Below are positions 9,179 to 22,162 of a stretch of 64,000 bases of DNA, one piece after another. The notes beneath the pieces are model-generated. The model saw only the letters and a program-made list of their open reading frames with translations, did no database searches and was not told where the DNA came from. The DNA is taken from positions 29,197 to 93,196 of the forward strand of contig CAMCQH010000002.1 in NCBI GenBank assembly GCA_945877035.1. The letters run 5' to 3'. Source of the stretch: an uncultured Clostridium sp. (GTDB lineage: Bacteria; Bacillota; Clostridia; TANB77; CAG-508). Every line of letters begins with the position of its first letter. The stretch's first letter is position 1. The position numbers and the translations under genes were made by a program.

Positions 9179-10199
9179 ATCTCTCATTAATAATTTGTTT
9201 TATAACCTCTGCCCTTTTAATATCTCTTTCTATTGGCTCATATTGCTCACCTAAATATTTTTGCATACTTGCAGGTTTTGTATATAAACTTAATTTTTGA
9301 ATTTTGCTGTCATTTAATTCATCTAAAATTCCTAAATCAGTTCCCATTTTTACATTTGATATTAATTTTTGTGCTTCATCTAATGAGATTTTTCTGCAAT
9401 TGCTTAATAATCCATAACTTCTAAAAATTGTATCTTCCAAATCAATTGTATCTTTTGCTAAAAATTTTCTAGCTTTTCTTTCTTGTTCAATTAATTTATT
9501 TGTAACAACTCTTATATTTTCTATGATTTCTTGTTCAGTAACTCCCAACGTCCTTTTATTTGAAATTTGATATATATTTTGTGCATTTTCATTGTCTTGT
9601 CCATATTCTCCCATTATATTTACACCAAAATTATTTATTGTATAGAAAACTTTGTCTATATTTCTTGTTTTTTCTAGTGCTGGTAAATGTACCATAACAG
9701 ATGCTTTTAGACCTGTACCACAGTTTGTTGGAAGACTTGTTAAATATCCATATTTTTTATTTGTTGCATATCCTAAAACATCTTCTATTTTTTTGTCTAA
9801 CTCGATTGCAAAATTTAGAGTATTTTCTAATTCAAATCCAGAACTGAAAACTTGTATTTTTAGATGGTCATCATCATTTATCATTATGCAAATATTTTCT
9901 TCATCATTTATTAATATGGCTCCTGTGTCGTTTTTATTTAATGCATATTCTGGACTAATTAGTTTTTTTTCCACTAAACTCATTTTTGTTATATCATCCA
10001 TGTCTTTTAGTTCTAAATATTTTAAGCCATATCCTATTGCAAATATATTTTCTTTTATTTTATTTTTTAGTTTGTCTATTTCTGTTTTTGTTTTTAAATT
10101 AAATTGAAATCCTTGTAGGTTTCTTGAAAATCTGATTCTTGTGCTTATTACTACATCTGATTCTTTTCCACTTTGTAAATACCAATTCATATTTATCAC
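9177..10199 (-). CDS. mcsB: protein arginine kinase McsB
   Basis: ATP:guanido phosphotransferase domain; strong resemblance to B. subtilis McsB (…YGYLTSLPTNCGTGLKASVMVHLPAL…). Confidence 0.9.
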   Translation of the reverse strand: MINMNWYLQSGKESDVVISTRIRFSRNLQGFQFNLKTKTEIDKLKNKIKENIFAIGYGLKYLELKDMDDITKMSLVEKKLISPEYALNKNDTGAILINDEENICIMINDDDHLKIQVFSSGFELENTLNFAIELDKKIEDVLGYATNKKYGYLTSLPTNCGTGLKASVMVHLPALEKTRNIDKVFYTINNFGVNIMGEYGQDNENAQNIYQISNKRTLGVTEQEIIENIRVVTNKLIEQERKARKFLAKDTIDLEDTIFRSYGLLSNCRKISLDEAQKLISNVKMGTDLGILDELNDSKIQKLSLYTKPASMQKYLGEQYEPIERDIKRAEVIKQIINER

Positions 10200-10204
10200 C
10201 TTTC

Positions 10205-10759
10205 TTATTTTTCTTGCTTCTTTATCTCATCTCTAATTTTAGCCGCATCCTCATATCTTTCTTCTTTTATAGCCTGTTTCAAATCTTCTTGTAACTTTTC
10301 CAATTTATTATCAGTTTTATTTTCTACTTTTTCTTCTTTTTTATCAAACTTCACATTATTATCTGATATTTTTCCTAATCTGCCATTGTGTCTATTAGCA
10401 CCTTGCAACTTCTTTAAAATTGGGTCCATTCTATCTTCAAAAACATCATAACAATTTGCACATCCATATTTTCCAGTATTTATGATATCTTCAAATGTTG
10501 AACCACAACTTTCACATTTAATTTGTTTCACTTCATTTAATAATGGCATAAAATCTGGTGTACTGAAATCTTCTAGGAAGCTTCCAAAAAAATTAGATAA
10601 ATCTAATGCTGGCATTCTAAAGTCCATTCTATCTGTTATTCCTAATTTTCTACTGCACTCCTCACATAAATGCATTTCTTTTTTTACTCCATTAATATTT
10701 TCTGAATATCTAACATTTGCCTCTCTTTTTCCACAATTTTCACATAACATATTAATCAC
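10205..10759 (-). CDS. mcsA: McsA (zinc-finger plus UVR domain activator of McsB)
   Basis: CxxC zinc-finger pairs and a C-terminal UVR motif (EERYEDAAKIRDEIKK). Confidence 0.85.
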   Translation of the reverse strand: MINMLCENCGKREANVRYSENINGVKKEMHLCEECSRKLGITDRMDFRMPALDLSNFFGSFLEDFSTPDFMPLLNEVKQIKCESCGSTFEDIINTGKYGCANCYDVFEDRMDPILKKLQGANRHNGRLGKISDNNVKFDKKEEKVENKTDNKLEKLQEDLKQAIKEERYEDAAKIRDEIKKQEK

Positions 10760-10936
10760 TCCTATTCTTTATTTTATTCGTTCCAATTGTTAATTATTTA
10801 TATTTTGTAATGGCTTGTGGGGACCGTTCAAAAATTCTCAAAAGTTTGTATAACTTTTGTTAGAATTTTTAGAATGGGGAAAATGAAAAAATATAAATAA
10901 TTAACATTTGGAACCCTTATTTAGAAATATTAATTT

Positions 10937-11386
10937 CTATTCTATATTCAATAACATATTTTTAAAAATCCTTGCTCTTACTTCATCTTTAATGTCTCTG
11001 TCTAGTTTAAGAACATTATCACTTGTTGCAACTTTTAAAAGCTTAGCTTCTTGCTCTGTAATTATGCCATATGTTAAAAAGTCGCTTAATAAAATATCTA
11101 TGTCATTTACTGTAATTGTTTTACCTATATTATTTATTATATGCATTATATAATCTGATTTTGTATTACTTATTTTCTTTATTTTGATGTTTCCACCACC
11201 ACCTCTTTTGCTTTCTACATAATACCCTTGTGATGGCTTGAATCTTGTCGATATTACATAATTTATTTGTGATGGTACACAATTAAAATGTTGTGCTAAT
11301 TCATTTCTTTGAATTTCTACAAAATTATTTTCATCCTCATCAAATAAATCCTTTATAAATTCTTCTATTACATCTGACATTCTCAT
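10937..11386 (-). CDS. ctsR: transcriptional repressor CtsR
   Basis: MRMSDVIEEFIKDLF… with HTH and glycine-rich KRGGGG loop typical of CtsR. Confidence 0.9.
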   Translation of the reverse strand: MRMSDVIEEFIKDLFDEDENNFVEIQRNELAQHFNCVPSQINYVISTRFKPSQGYYVESKRGGGGNIKIKKISNTKSDYIMHIINNIGKTITVNDIDILLSDFLTYGIITEQEAKLLKVATSDNVLKLDRDIKDEVRARIFKNMLLNIE

Positions 11387-11451
11387 TTTATCAGCCTCCT
11401 TTTAAATTTTTTGTCTTATTGTGCGTTTTTTATAAATATATTATTTTTGTC

Positions 11452-11468
11452 TTTGACTTTCTTTGACT
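11452..11468 (-). promoter_or_regulatory. CtsR operator (AGTCAAAgaaAGTCAAA on the minus strand)
   Basis: Matches the heptad direct-repeat consensus (A/G)GTCAAA-NAN-(A/G)GTCAAA upstream of ctsR. Confidence 0.75.
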
Positions 11469-11513
11469 TACAATATATATTATATTCATTTCAAAAAATA
11501 ATGCAATTCTATT

Positions 11514-11541
11514 TTTTGACCTTTTCTGACTTTCTCTGACT
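11514..11541 (-). promoter_or_regulatory. second, degenerate CtsR-box-like triple heptad (GTCAGAG AAA GTCAGAA AAG GTCAAA)
   Basis: Direct repeats seen in sequence. Confidence 0.45.
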
Positions 11542-11573
11542 TTTTAATTTGAATTTTCTTCATTTTTCTTTTT

Positions 11574-11759
11574 TTATCTCTTTTTATCTTTCTTTTTTGT
11601 TATATTTTCTAATTCTTCTACTTTTTCTTTTTGTTTTGGTAATGATACCCATGCAAAATATGATGAAATGAATTCTCCATATTTTGTGCTGTCCTCTCCT
11701 ACCTCTTCTGAACTCTCTCTTATTTCTTTTCCTAAATCTTTATCACTCATAAAAAACAC
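11574..11759 (-). CDS. small hypothetical protein (61 aa)
   Basis: ORF only. Confidence 0.25.
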   Translation of the reverse strand: MFFMSDKDLGKEIRESSEEVGEDSTKYGEFISSYFAWVSLPKQKEKVEELENITKKKDKKR

Positions 11760-11811
11760 ATACCCTCTTTCAATTTAAGCATGTGCTTTTTTTATAATTT
11801 TTATACAATTT

Positions 11812-13050
11812 CTAATAAATTTTTAATATTTGCCCTGGGTATATTAGATTTGTGTTTGTTATTCCGTTAATTCTTGCAATTCTTATTGGACATGTTCTGT
11901 ATCTTCTTGCTATTCTCCACAAAGTATCTCCCCTTTGCACTGTGTAATATATATTTCCACTATTTGAACTGCTATAATTTCCATACAATATCAATCTTTG
12001 TCCTGGGTATATTAAATTTGGATTTTGTATATTATTCCAACTTACTATATTTTGTATAGACACTCCATATCTTCTTGATATTCCCCACAATGTATCTCCT
12101 CTTTTTATAGTGTAATATGTCTTTCCTGTCGAATTTGTTTCACTTCCATGATTACTTGAATTCGTTGTTATTCTTAGTACTTGCCCTGGATATATCAAAT
12201 TTACATTTTGTATTCTATTTATTTGAGCAATTTCTTGCACAGTAGTACCATATTGAGAAGCAATTGCACTTAAGGTATCTCCTCTTTTTACTGTATAATA
12301 TATTTTTTCTGTATTATAATTTCCATTTGAATTTTCTGTATTTGGTATCTCTGAACTATCATCTAAAAAAATTTCTTCAGTAAATAAATCTCTATCTACT
12401 TTTCCATTTATTCCTGCAACATTACCTTGATCAGTATATTGAACACCTATAAATGTGCTCCAGCTTGAATTAACATTTTCTAAATTTTTATAATCTCCAT
12501 AATAAGCAAGCCATAATTCTCCTTGACTCGCAAGTTCACTATTAAAAGTGCTTTCACTATTATATAAATCACTATAAATAATTACTTGCTTTTTTGTTAA
12601 TTCTTCTACTTTTTGCATAAATGCCATAGCTATTTGGTTTATTAATTGTGTATCTATTCCGTCAAATTGTTCATAATCCATTGCTAATTTACAATCAACT
12701 TGCTTTCCTGATATAACTGATGTAAAAAATGTTGCTTGCTGCTCCGCTTCTTCTATTGTTGTTGCTGTCAAAAAATGATAAAATCCAACTTTTAAATTAT
12801 TTGCTTTCGCATTTTCATAATTTATTTCAAAATATGGGTCTTTTATACTATTTCCTTGACTTGCCTTGATATATACAACATCAATTCCTGAATTTTTTAC
12901 TTGACTGTAATCTATGTATCCTTGCCAATCACTTACATCTATCCCTTCATATTTTAGCTCACTTTGAGGTGATAATGCATATATTGAGTTTATAAATGTA
13001 AAAATAAACACTAAAAATATACCTGAAATTTTTAATACTTTTTTTCTCAT
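11812..13050 (-). CDS. secreted GH25 muramidase with three C-terminal LysM domains
   Basis: Signal peptide; GH25 motifs GIDVSDWQG…VYIKASQG…GFYHF; three LysM repeats (YTVKRGDTL…IYPGQ…). Confidence 0.85.
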   Translation of the reverse strand: MRKKVLKISGIFLVFIFTFINSIYALSPQSELKYEGIDVSDWQGYIDYSQVKNSGIDVVYIKASQGNSIKDPYFEINYENAKANNLKVGFYHFLTATTIEEAEQQATFFTSVISGKQVDCKLAMDYEQFDGIDTQLINQIAMAFMQKVEELTKKQVIIYSDLYNSESTFNSELASQGELWLAYYGDYKNLENVNSSWSTFIGVQYTDQGNVAGINGKVDRDLFTEEIFLDDSSEIPNTENSNGNYNTEKIYYTVKRGDTLSAIASQYGTTVQEIAQINRIQNVNLIYPGQVLRITTNSSNHGSETNSTGKTYYTIKRGDTLWGISRRYGVSIQNIVSWNNIQNPNLIYPGQRLILYGNYSSSNSGNIYYTVQRGDTLWRIARRYRTCPIRIARINGITNTNLIYPGQILKIY

Positions 13051-13185
13051 ACAAAATATCCTCCTTAAATACTTTGTATATTTTATTCTTTGGAAAATTT
13101 TTAGTGATTTTATAAATTATTAAATTTTTGGGAAATTAAAATCCTTTAGAAAAAATTTTTTAGGATTTTCTTCGATTTAAAATTT

Positions 13186-13431
13186 TTATTTATAGATTTG
13201 CCCTCTATTTTCTGCTTTTGTAATTAAGATAATAAATTCATTTTGATTCTGTTCATAAATAATTCTATAATTGCCAACTCTGAGTCTGTATTCATTGTTA
13301 CAACCTGCCATCTTTTTAACATCTCCATTTGGCAGGTTATAAATTGCTTTATAAATTCTTATTCTTTGAAATCTATCCTGCTTTTCAATGAATTTAAGAG
13401 CTTTAGGTCTAATCTTTATCTTGTAAATCAT
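13186..13431 (-). CDS. RelE/ParE family toxin
   Basis: …YRLRVGNYRIIY… signature; overlaps the upstream antitoxin gene. Confidence 0.8.
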   Translation of the reverse strand: MIYKIKIRPKALKFIEKQDRFQRIRIYKAIYNLPNGDVKKMAGCNNEYRLRVGNYRIIYEQNQNEFIILITKAENRGQIYK

Positions 13432-13729
13432 CTATTGTCAACCCCTCTCTTTTTAGTACTTCTTCAAATGGCACTGCATCTTTTAATTCTTGATTTCTAA
13501 CCTCTTTACTTTCCATTAAATAATCTAGATACATTACTTTTTCAGTAATATCCATATTATCTAAAATAACTGTTGGTTCTAATCTTAATAATTCAGATTC
13601 TATTGCTTTTTCCATTAGAATTTTAACAGAGTTTAAGCACTCCAAATTAAGACGTGGTGTCATTTTAATTACATCTTTTATAGCCTGTATTTGTGCTTCA
13701 GACATAACTATCAACTCCTTTCGATTCAC
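13409..13729 (-). CDS. RelB/DinJ-like antitoxin (true start possibly the internal Met near 13705)
   Basis: Small acidic protein immediately upstream of and overlapping the relE-like gene. Confidence 0.6.
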   Translation of the reverse strand: MNRKELIVMSEAQIQAIKDVIKMTPRLNLECLNSVKILMEKAIESELLRLEPTVILDNMDITEKVMYLDYLMESKEVRNQELKDAVPFEEVLKREGLTIDDLQDKD

Positions 13730-13870
13730 TTCGTTTCACTCATCATAAATTAAAAATTTTTAACTTACGAATCGTTTTATGTTTATTATTATATCATCAT
13801 TTACAATATTTTACAATAAAAATTATACATTTTAATAATTTCTTCACATATATTTTAATATGGTGATTAT

Positions 13871-14929
13871 ATGTTTTCTAAATGTCATTTTTTTGTTTTA
13901 AAAATAAAAAGAAATATATTTGCTTTAGTTTTTTTAGCATTTGGAGCAAGTTTGCTATTATTTTCGACTAGTAATCTACCTGCAATAAAAAAAGGATTAT
14001 CTTTATGGGCAAATTCAGTTGTTCCATCACTTTTTCCTTTCTTTGTTGCAACCGAACTTTTAATGAATACTAATTTTGTTAACATCTTGGGAAGATTTTT
14101 AAATAAAATAATGAAACCCTTATTTAATATTAGAGGCGAAGGCTCTTTTGGATTTATTATGGGATTAATTAGTGGCTATCCTGTTGGTGCTAAAATTGCT
14201 TGTGATTTTAGGGAAAATAATATTTGTTCTAAAGAAGAATGTGAAAGACTTTTAAGTTTTACTAACAACTCTGGACCTTTATTTATAGTTGGAACAGTTG
14301 GTATTAGTATGTTTGGTAATTCAACTATTGGATTATTGTTATTAATTACTCATATTTTAGCTTGTATTACTGTTGGAGTAATTTTTAGATTTTGGAAATT
14401 CAATTCATCTAGCCTTGATTATGTTGGAAATAAAAATTCTAATTATAAAAACTATAAAAATGTTACATTTTCTAATTTAGGTGAAGTTTTAGGAAAAAGT
14501 ATTACTAATAGTATTTCAACAATTTTAATGATAGGTGGTTTTGTTGTTATTTTCTCTAGCATAATTTCTATTTTAAAAGCTAGTGGTATTTTAAGTAGTC
14601 TGGTCTTGATGCTTACTCCTATTTTTGATTTTTTAAATATTGACAGTTATTTTATCTCTGGCATTCTTACTGGTTTACTTGAAATTACTAATGGTATTAG
14701 TTCTATTTCTATTATTAATATTAAGGCTATTTCTGTTAATATTATTATAACTGCTTTTTTGCTTGGTTTTGGTGGATTATCTGTTTTGCTTCAAGTCTTG
14801 AGTATTACTTCTAAAACTGATTTGTCTATTAAACCTTATATTTATGGAAAATTATTGCATGGTGTTTTGGCTGCTTTTTATACTTTTGTTGCTATTAGTG
14901 TTTTTCCTTTTTTTAATTTTAATTTGTAG
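13871..14929 (+). CDS. nucleoside-recognition (Gate) domain membrane protein, YlbJ/YjiH-like
   Basis: Polytopic membrane protein with GYPVGAKIA and ..FTNNSGPLFIVGT Gate-type motifs. Confidence 0.55.
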   Translation: MFSKCHFFVLKIKRNIFALVFLAFGASLLLFSTSNLPAIKKGLSLWANSVVPSLFPFFVATELLMNTNFVNILGRFLNKIMKPLFNIRGEGSFGFIMGLISGYPVGAKIACDFRENNICSKEECERLLSFTNNSGPLFIVGTVGISMFGNSTIGLLLLITHILACITVGVIFRFWKFNSSSLDYVGNKNSNYKNYKNVTFSNLGEVLGKSITNSISTILMIGGFVVIFSSIISILKASGILSSLVLMLTPIFDFLNIDSYFISGILTGLLEITNGISSISIINIKAISVNIIITAFLLGFGGLSVLLQVLSITSKTDLSIKPYIYGKLLHGVLAAFYTFVAISVFPFFNFNL

Positions 14930-15000
14930 GGATTGGGGGCCAGATCTCGAATCCCTAATTTTTAGAATATTTACATTTTTTACGAATATAATTTACTAAT

Positions 15001-15273
15001 ATGATTGGAGTTGATGTTATGGATAAAGATTTTAATACTATGCCACCTTTTATGGATTTTTCTATGTTTCAGCAAATGCAAGGAGCTCCTTCTCCTGATA
15101 TGTGTGATATCTATCGTGACCCTATGTTTAATCCTATGGCTCAATACGAACAGGCCTATTTATATTATAGATATATGTGTATGCAAATGGATTATAAGAT
15201 TAAATGTAAAGAATATGAAAAAATGTGTAATACTTCTGGTAATTCTGAAAAAAACCAAAGGAGAGTAGAATAA
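15001..15273 (+). CDS. Met/Cys-rich small hypothetical protein
   Basis: ORF with unusual composition (14 Met, 6 Cys in 90 aa); function unknown. Confidence 0.35.
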   Translation: MIGVDVMDKDFNTMPPFMDFSMFQQMQGAPSPDMCDIYRDPMFNPMAQYEQAYLYYRYMCMQMDYKIKCKEYEKMCNTSGNSEKNQRRVE

Positions 15274-15274
15274 C

Positions 15275-18231
<2,957 letters not shown>

Positions 18232-18380
18232 AAAAAGACCTCCTAAAAATTTTACAGAACAAATTATCTGCGATTTTTTGTTTGGTATTATTATATATTT
18301 TTCATTTTAAATTGTCAATAGTTTTACAAACATTTTTTTGTATTTTTTATTTACAATTTTCGACAAAATAATGAGACATT

Positions 18381-19139
18381 TTAGGACTGTCCCAAATGTC
18401 TCAAAAATCTTTCTTTTTTATATTCTGAATTACTTGAATCTATAAACTCAACTTTTCCTTTAATTTGTGAATTATTTATTAAATCATTTTCTTCTAATAA
18501 ATCTCTCAAATGTTTAGCCAAATTAGGAGCACCATTAAAAAATTTTACATTTCCTAATACTTGCGCAATTTGTCCCTGGACCAAAGGATAATGTGTACAT
18601 CCCAAAACCACATTTTCAATTTTTCCAACATATTCAGAAAGATTTTCTTTTAAATATTTTTGTATTTTTTCTTCATTCCCCTCTTCTATTATATCAGCTA
18701 GTCCTTTACATGCCATTAAATAAGTTTTATGATTATCATATTTTTCATATAATTTATGAAATTTTTCACTTTCAATTGTTCCCTTTGTTGCCATTACTAA
18801 TGTTGGCTTTTCATATGCAAAATCATGTACCATTTTATATGCTGGCTCTATTGCTATTATTATTTCTTGAGGATATTTTTCTCTTAATTTTTTAGCAGCT
18901 TTTGCACTTGCTGTATTGCATGCTATTACTATTGCTTTGCATTCTTGGTCAATAAACTTTTTTACAATTCTATCACACATATTAAAAATTTCTTCATCAG
19001 ATTTGTCCCCATATGGATTGTTTTTTGAGTCACTATAATATATGTAATTTTCATTAGGGAGAATTTTTATTATTTCTTTTAAAACTGTTACTCCACCTAT
19101 TCCAGAATCAAAAATTCCTATACTGTTTTCTCTGTTCAT
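18381..19139 (-). CDS. murI: glutamate racemase
   Basis: IGIFDSGIGGVTV and CNTA motifs; start at the Met with AGGAAG RBS. Confidence 0.88.
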   Translation of the reverse strand: MNRENSIGIFDSGIGGVTVLKEIIKILPNENYIYYSDSKNNPYGDKSDEEIFNMCDRIVKKFIDQECKAIVIACNTASAKAAKKLREKYPQEIIIAIEPAYKMVHDFAYEKPTLVMATKGTIESEKFHKLYEKYDNHKTYLMACKGLADIIEEGNEEKIQKYLKENLSEYVGKIENVVLGCTHYPLVQGQIAQVLGNVKFFNGAPNLAKHLRDLLEENDLINNSQIKGKVEFIDSSNSEYKKERFLRHLGQS

Positions 19140-19296
19140 TTTCAGCTTAACTTCCTTTGTTACTTTTTTATACATTATACAAAATTCTATTATATTAAAC
19201 AAGTAAAATTATAAAAAAGTTTCTCAAAATTCAAATATTATGTTATAATAACAAAAAATACATATATTTATTAAGAAATGGAGTTTATTATAGAAA

Positions 19297-20124
19297 ATGA
19301 ATGTTTACGTAGCATTAAATGAACTAATAGAATATATTGAAAATCATCTAACTGATGAAATATCATATAGCAAGCTTGCAACATTTTTAGGAACAAATGA
19401 ATATACAATGCAAAGTTTATTTACTTTACTTTGCAATATATCTATTGCAGACTATATTAGAATGAGAAGATTATCTGAAGCAGGATTTGATATATATAAA
19501 TCAAATGCAAAAATAATTGATATTGCATTAAAATATCAATATGAAAATCCTACCTCTTTTTCAAGAGCTTTTGAAAAATTTCATGGCATAAAACCAAGTC
19601 AAGTAAAAAGCCATCCTGAAAAATTAAAAGTTTATACTAAAATTGTTTTTAATGAACAAATTTCTATAAATACTGAAAAGATAGAATATAGTATTGTTGA
19701 ACTTGATGAATTAACATTATATGGGAAATATATTAATACAACATTTGAAACAATTTCAAAGGATGCTCCTAATTTCTGGCAAAAAATGTTTAGAGAATAT
19801 CCTCAGTATTATGATATATTAGACTATGGGATGACAGTTTATTTAGATAATGAATTAGAAAATAATGATAGGTTTTCAACTAAACATTATGAATATTGGA
19901 TATTATCAAAAACTCCTCTTCCTGATTTTAAAAAATATACTCTTCCTAAAAGTAAATGGTTAAAACTTAGTGTTTCATCTTATCTTCCAAAAGATATTCA
20001 CGAGTTAGTATTGAAATTTTACTTATCTTTCTTACCTAGTTGCAAATATAACATTAAATCACTTCCAGAACTTGAATATTATCATAATGGTATGGCTGAT
20101 TTTTTAGTTGCTATCGAAGATTAA
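19297..20124 (+). CDS. AraC-type HTH plus GyrI-like effector-binding domain transcriptional regulator
   Basis: N-terminal AraC HTH (…YENPTSFSRAFEKFHGIKPS…) and GyrI-like C-terminal half. Confidence 0.75.
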   Translation: MNVYVALNELIEYIENHLTDEISYSKLATFLGTNEYTMQSLFTLLCNISIADYIRMRRLSEAGFDIYKSNAKIIDIALKYQYENPTSFSRAFEKFHGIKPSQVKSHPEKLKVYTKIVFNEQISINTEKIEYSIVELDELTLYGKYINTTFETISKDAPNFWQKMFREYPQYYDILDYGMTVYLDNELENNDRFSTKHYEYWILSKTPLPDFKKYTLPKSKWLKLSVSSYLPKDIHELVLKFYLSFLPSCKYNIKSLPELEYYHNGMADFLVAIED

Positions 20125-20129
20125 ATATT

Positions 20130-20200
20130 TAAAACTGATTTTTTTTATAAAGAAAAAGTCAGTTTTTTTATTTGCATTCCTGCTATAATTTAATTATAAA
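20130..20200 (+). promoter_or_regulatory. terminator hairpin (AACTGATTTTTTT…AAAAAGTCAGTT) followed by TTGCAT-17-TATAAA promoter and RBS for the ATPase operon
   Basis: Seen in sequence. Confidence 0.4.
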
Positions 20201-22162
20201 ATGAAAGGAATGAAATTAATTATGAAAAAAGAAAGTATATATGAAATATATCTTACTTGTAGTCATGTAACACCTGAAGTTTGGCTTAGTTTTTTGAATT
20301 CTATTTCTAAATTAAATGGACTTTTTAGAAGATGGAATATTTATATTACAATAAATAAAAATGAAGTTCGATATTTTTTAAAAACTCAGCGTTCTATTCC
20401 TCCTATTATAAGCTCTTTAAGTGAGTTTTTGATAAAGAAAACAGATTTAAAAACTGAAGATATTTTAAATTTTTCTTCAAGAAAAGGACAATATTTTATA
20501 TTAACTAATAAAGAAAATAATATATTAGATGTATTTGATAAAGCAGAAACAAAATATAATCAAAGTTTAACTTTAGTTGATTTTTCTATATTTAGTTTTA
20601 AAAAAGACCATTTTTTTACAAAAACTAATCTATTTTTTAAGAAATGTAATAAAAATAAATTGATTAATAAAAAAGCTTTATTTGTCATACCTCATTTATT
20701 TTTAAGCCTTGACTTTTCTATTTACAACCGTTTCTTTTATAAAAAAAATGCAAATGAATATTTAGATATTCAAAAGACATTACCATTTCTAAGAAGTGAT
20801 AATTCTAATGCATTATTAAAAGTTGATACTTTTCCTTATTTGTCTGATGATTATTATTTGTGTCAACATGATTATGATTTTGATAAACATTCTATTATTA
20901 TTGGGTCTAGTGGAACTGGTAAATCAAAATTGCTTAGTAGTATGATTAGTAATATTTCCAAAAACTATGGTGATATGTCTCATTATAAATTTGTTGTAAT
21001 AGATCCACATGCTAGCATAAAAGATGATATTGGAGGTCTAGATAATACAACCGTTATTGATTTTAAAGATAATTCTGATAGTTGTGATTTATTTATGAAT
21101 GTACCTCAAAAGGATATGGTGGCTTCAACTGAATTAATGTTATCTTTATTTAAAACTTTAATGGAAGATCAATATAATTCTAAACTTGAAAGAGTATTAA
21201 GACATAGTGTTTATTTATTGATGCAGTTTCAAGGTTTGAATTTTAAAAATTTAAGAAATTTAATTTTAGATGTTGAATATAGAAGTAGTCTAATTAATAA
21301 ACTACAAAATGTTCTTCCTGATAGTATTATAAACTTTTTCCTAACAGATTTTAATGATTTAAAATCAAAATCTTATGAAGAGGCTATTTCTCCTATAATT
21401 TCTTTTATTGATGAAATGGATTTACTTCCTGCTTTTCGTGAGTCTGATTATAAGCCTCAAATAAAAGATGTTATTAATGAGAATTTTTTAACTATATTTT
21501 CTCTTGACCAATCTGTATTGGGAAAAAAGGTTACAAAAACAATATCTGGTCTTGTTATGCAACAATTACTAGAACTAATTCAATCTTATACATTTGATAA
21601 GCATATTGTGTTAGTAATTGATGAAGTTGCATTAGTTGAAAATCCTATTTTAAGTAGATTTCTTTCAGAAGCCAGAAAATATAATTTATCACTTATTTTG
21701 ATACAACAATATTTTAGTCAAATAAGTGAAGATGTTAGAAAAGCTATTTTTGCGAATGTTTCTAATTTTTATGTTTTTCGTGTTTCTAAATCTGATGCTA
21801 TTTTATTAGAAAAAAATTTGCAAATGAATGTCGCTGTTTATAATTCATATAAAGTAAAACTTAAAATTTTGACAGAATTAAAAAACCGTGAATGTATAGC
21901 AAGAATAAGTAATAATGGTGTTCTTCTCCCTGCTTTTAAAGCAAAAACTTTGGATTTTACACCTTGCCCTAATATTATAGTAAATCAAATTTTAAAGAAA
22001 AGTAATGTTTCGGAAGATTTCAAACCAATTAAGCAATATATTAAACCTTCTTTAAAATCTGAAAAAACATTTTCTTTTGGAATAGATAATTCTGTTATTT
22101 CACTAAATGATATTATGGCTTCTCAGTCTTCTAGTAGAAAAGAGGTAAAAGTATATGGATGA
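20201..22162 (+). CDS. HerA/FtsK-superfamily (DUF87-like) P-loop ATPase with an approximately 230-aa N-terminal domain of unknown function
   Basis: Walker A GSSGTGKS, downstream VVIDPHAS (HerA DPhGEY-like), Walker B LVIDEV, ARKYNLSLILIQQ arginine-finger/Q region. Start may be the Met at 20222. Confidence 0.7.
   Translation: MKGMKLIMKKESIYEIYLTCSHVTPEVWLSFLNSISKLNGLFRRWNIYITINKNEVRYFLKTQRSIPPIISSLSEFLIKKTDLKTEDILNFSSRKGQYFILTNKENNILDVFDKAETKYNQSLTLVDFSIFSFKKDHFFTKTNLFFKKCNKNKLINKKALFVIPHLFLSLDFSIYNRFFYKKNANEYLDIQKTLPFLRSDNSNALLKVDTFPYLSDDYYLCQHDYDFDKHSIIIGSSGTGKSKLLSSMISNISKNYGDMSHYKFVVIDPHASIKDDIGGLDNTTVIDFKDNSDSCDLFMNVPQKDMVASTELMLSLFKTLMEDQYNSKLERVLRHSVYLLMQFQGLNFKNLRNLILDVEYRSSLINKLQNVLPDSIINFFLTDFNDLKSKSYEEAISPIISFIDEMDLLPAFRESDYKPQIKDVINENFLTIFSLDQSVLGKKVTKTISGLVMQQLLELIQSYTFDKHIVLVIDEVALVENPILSRFLSEARKYNLSLILIQQYFSQISEDVRKAIFANVSNFYVFRVSKSDAILLEKNLQMNVAVYNSYKVKLKILTELKNRECIARISNNGVLLPAFKAKTLDFTPCPNIIVNQILKKSNVSEDFKPIKQYIKPSLKSEKTFSFGIDNSVISLNDIMASQSSSRKEVKVYG

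Noticed and set aside
7313-10107. Plus-strand ORFs inside clpC and mcsB (7313-7555, 9233-9424, 9652-10107)
   Set aside because: Antisense to strongly supported genes; low-complexity translations.
18232-18380. LexA (Cheo) box upstream of recN
   Set aside because: No GAAC-N4-GTTC match found in the spacer.
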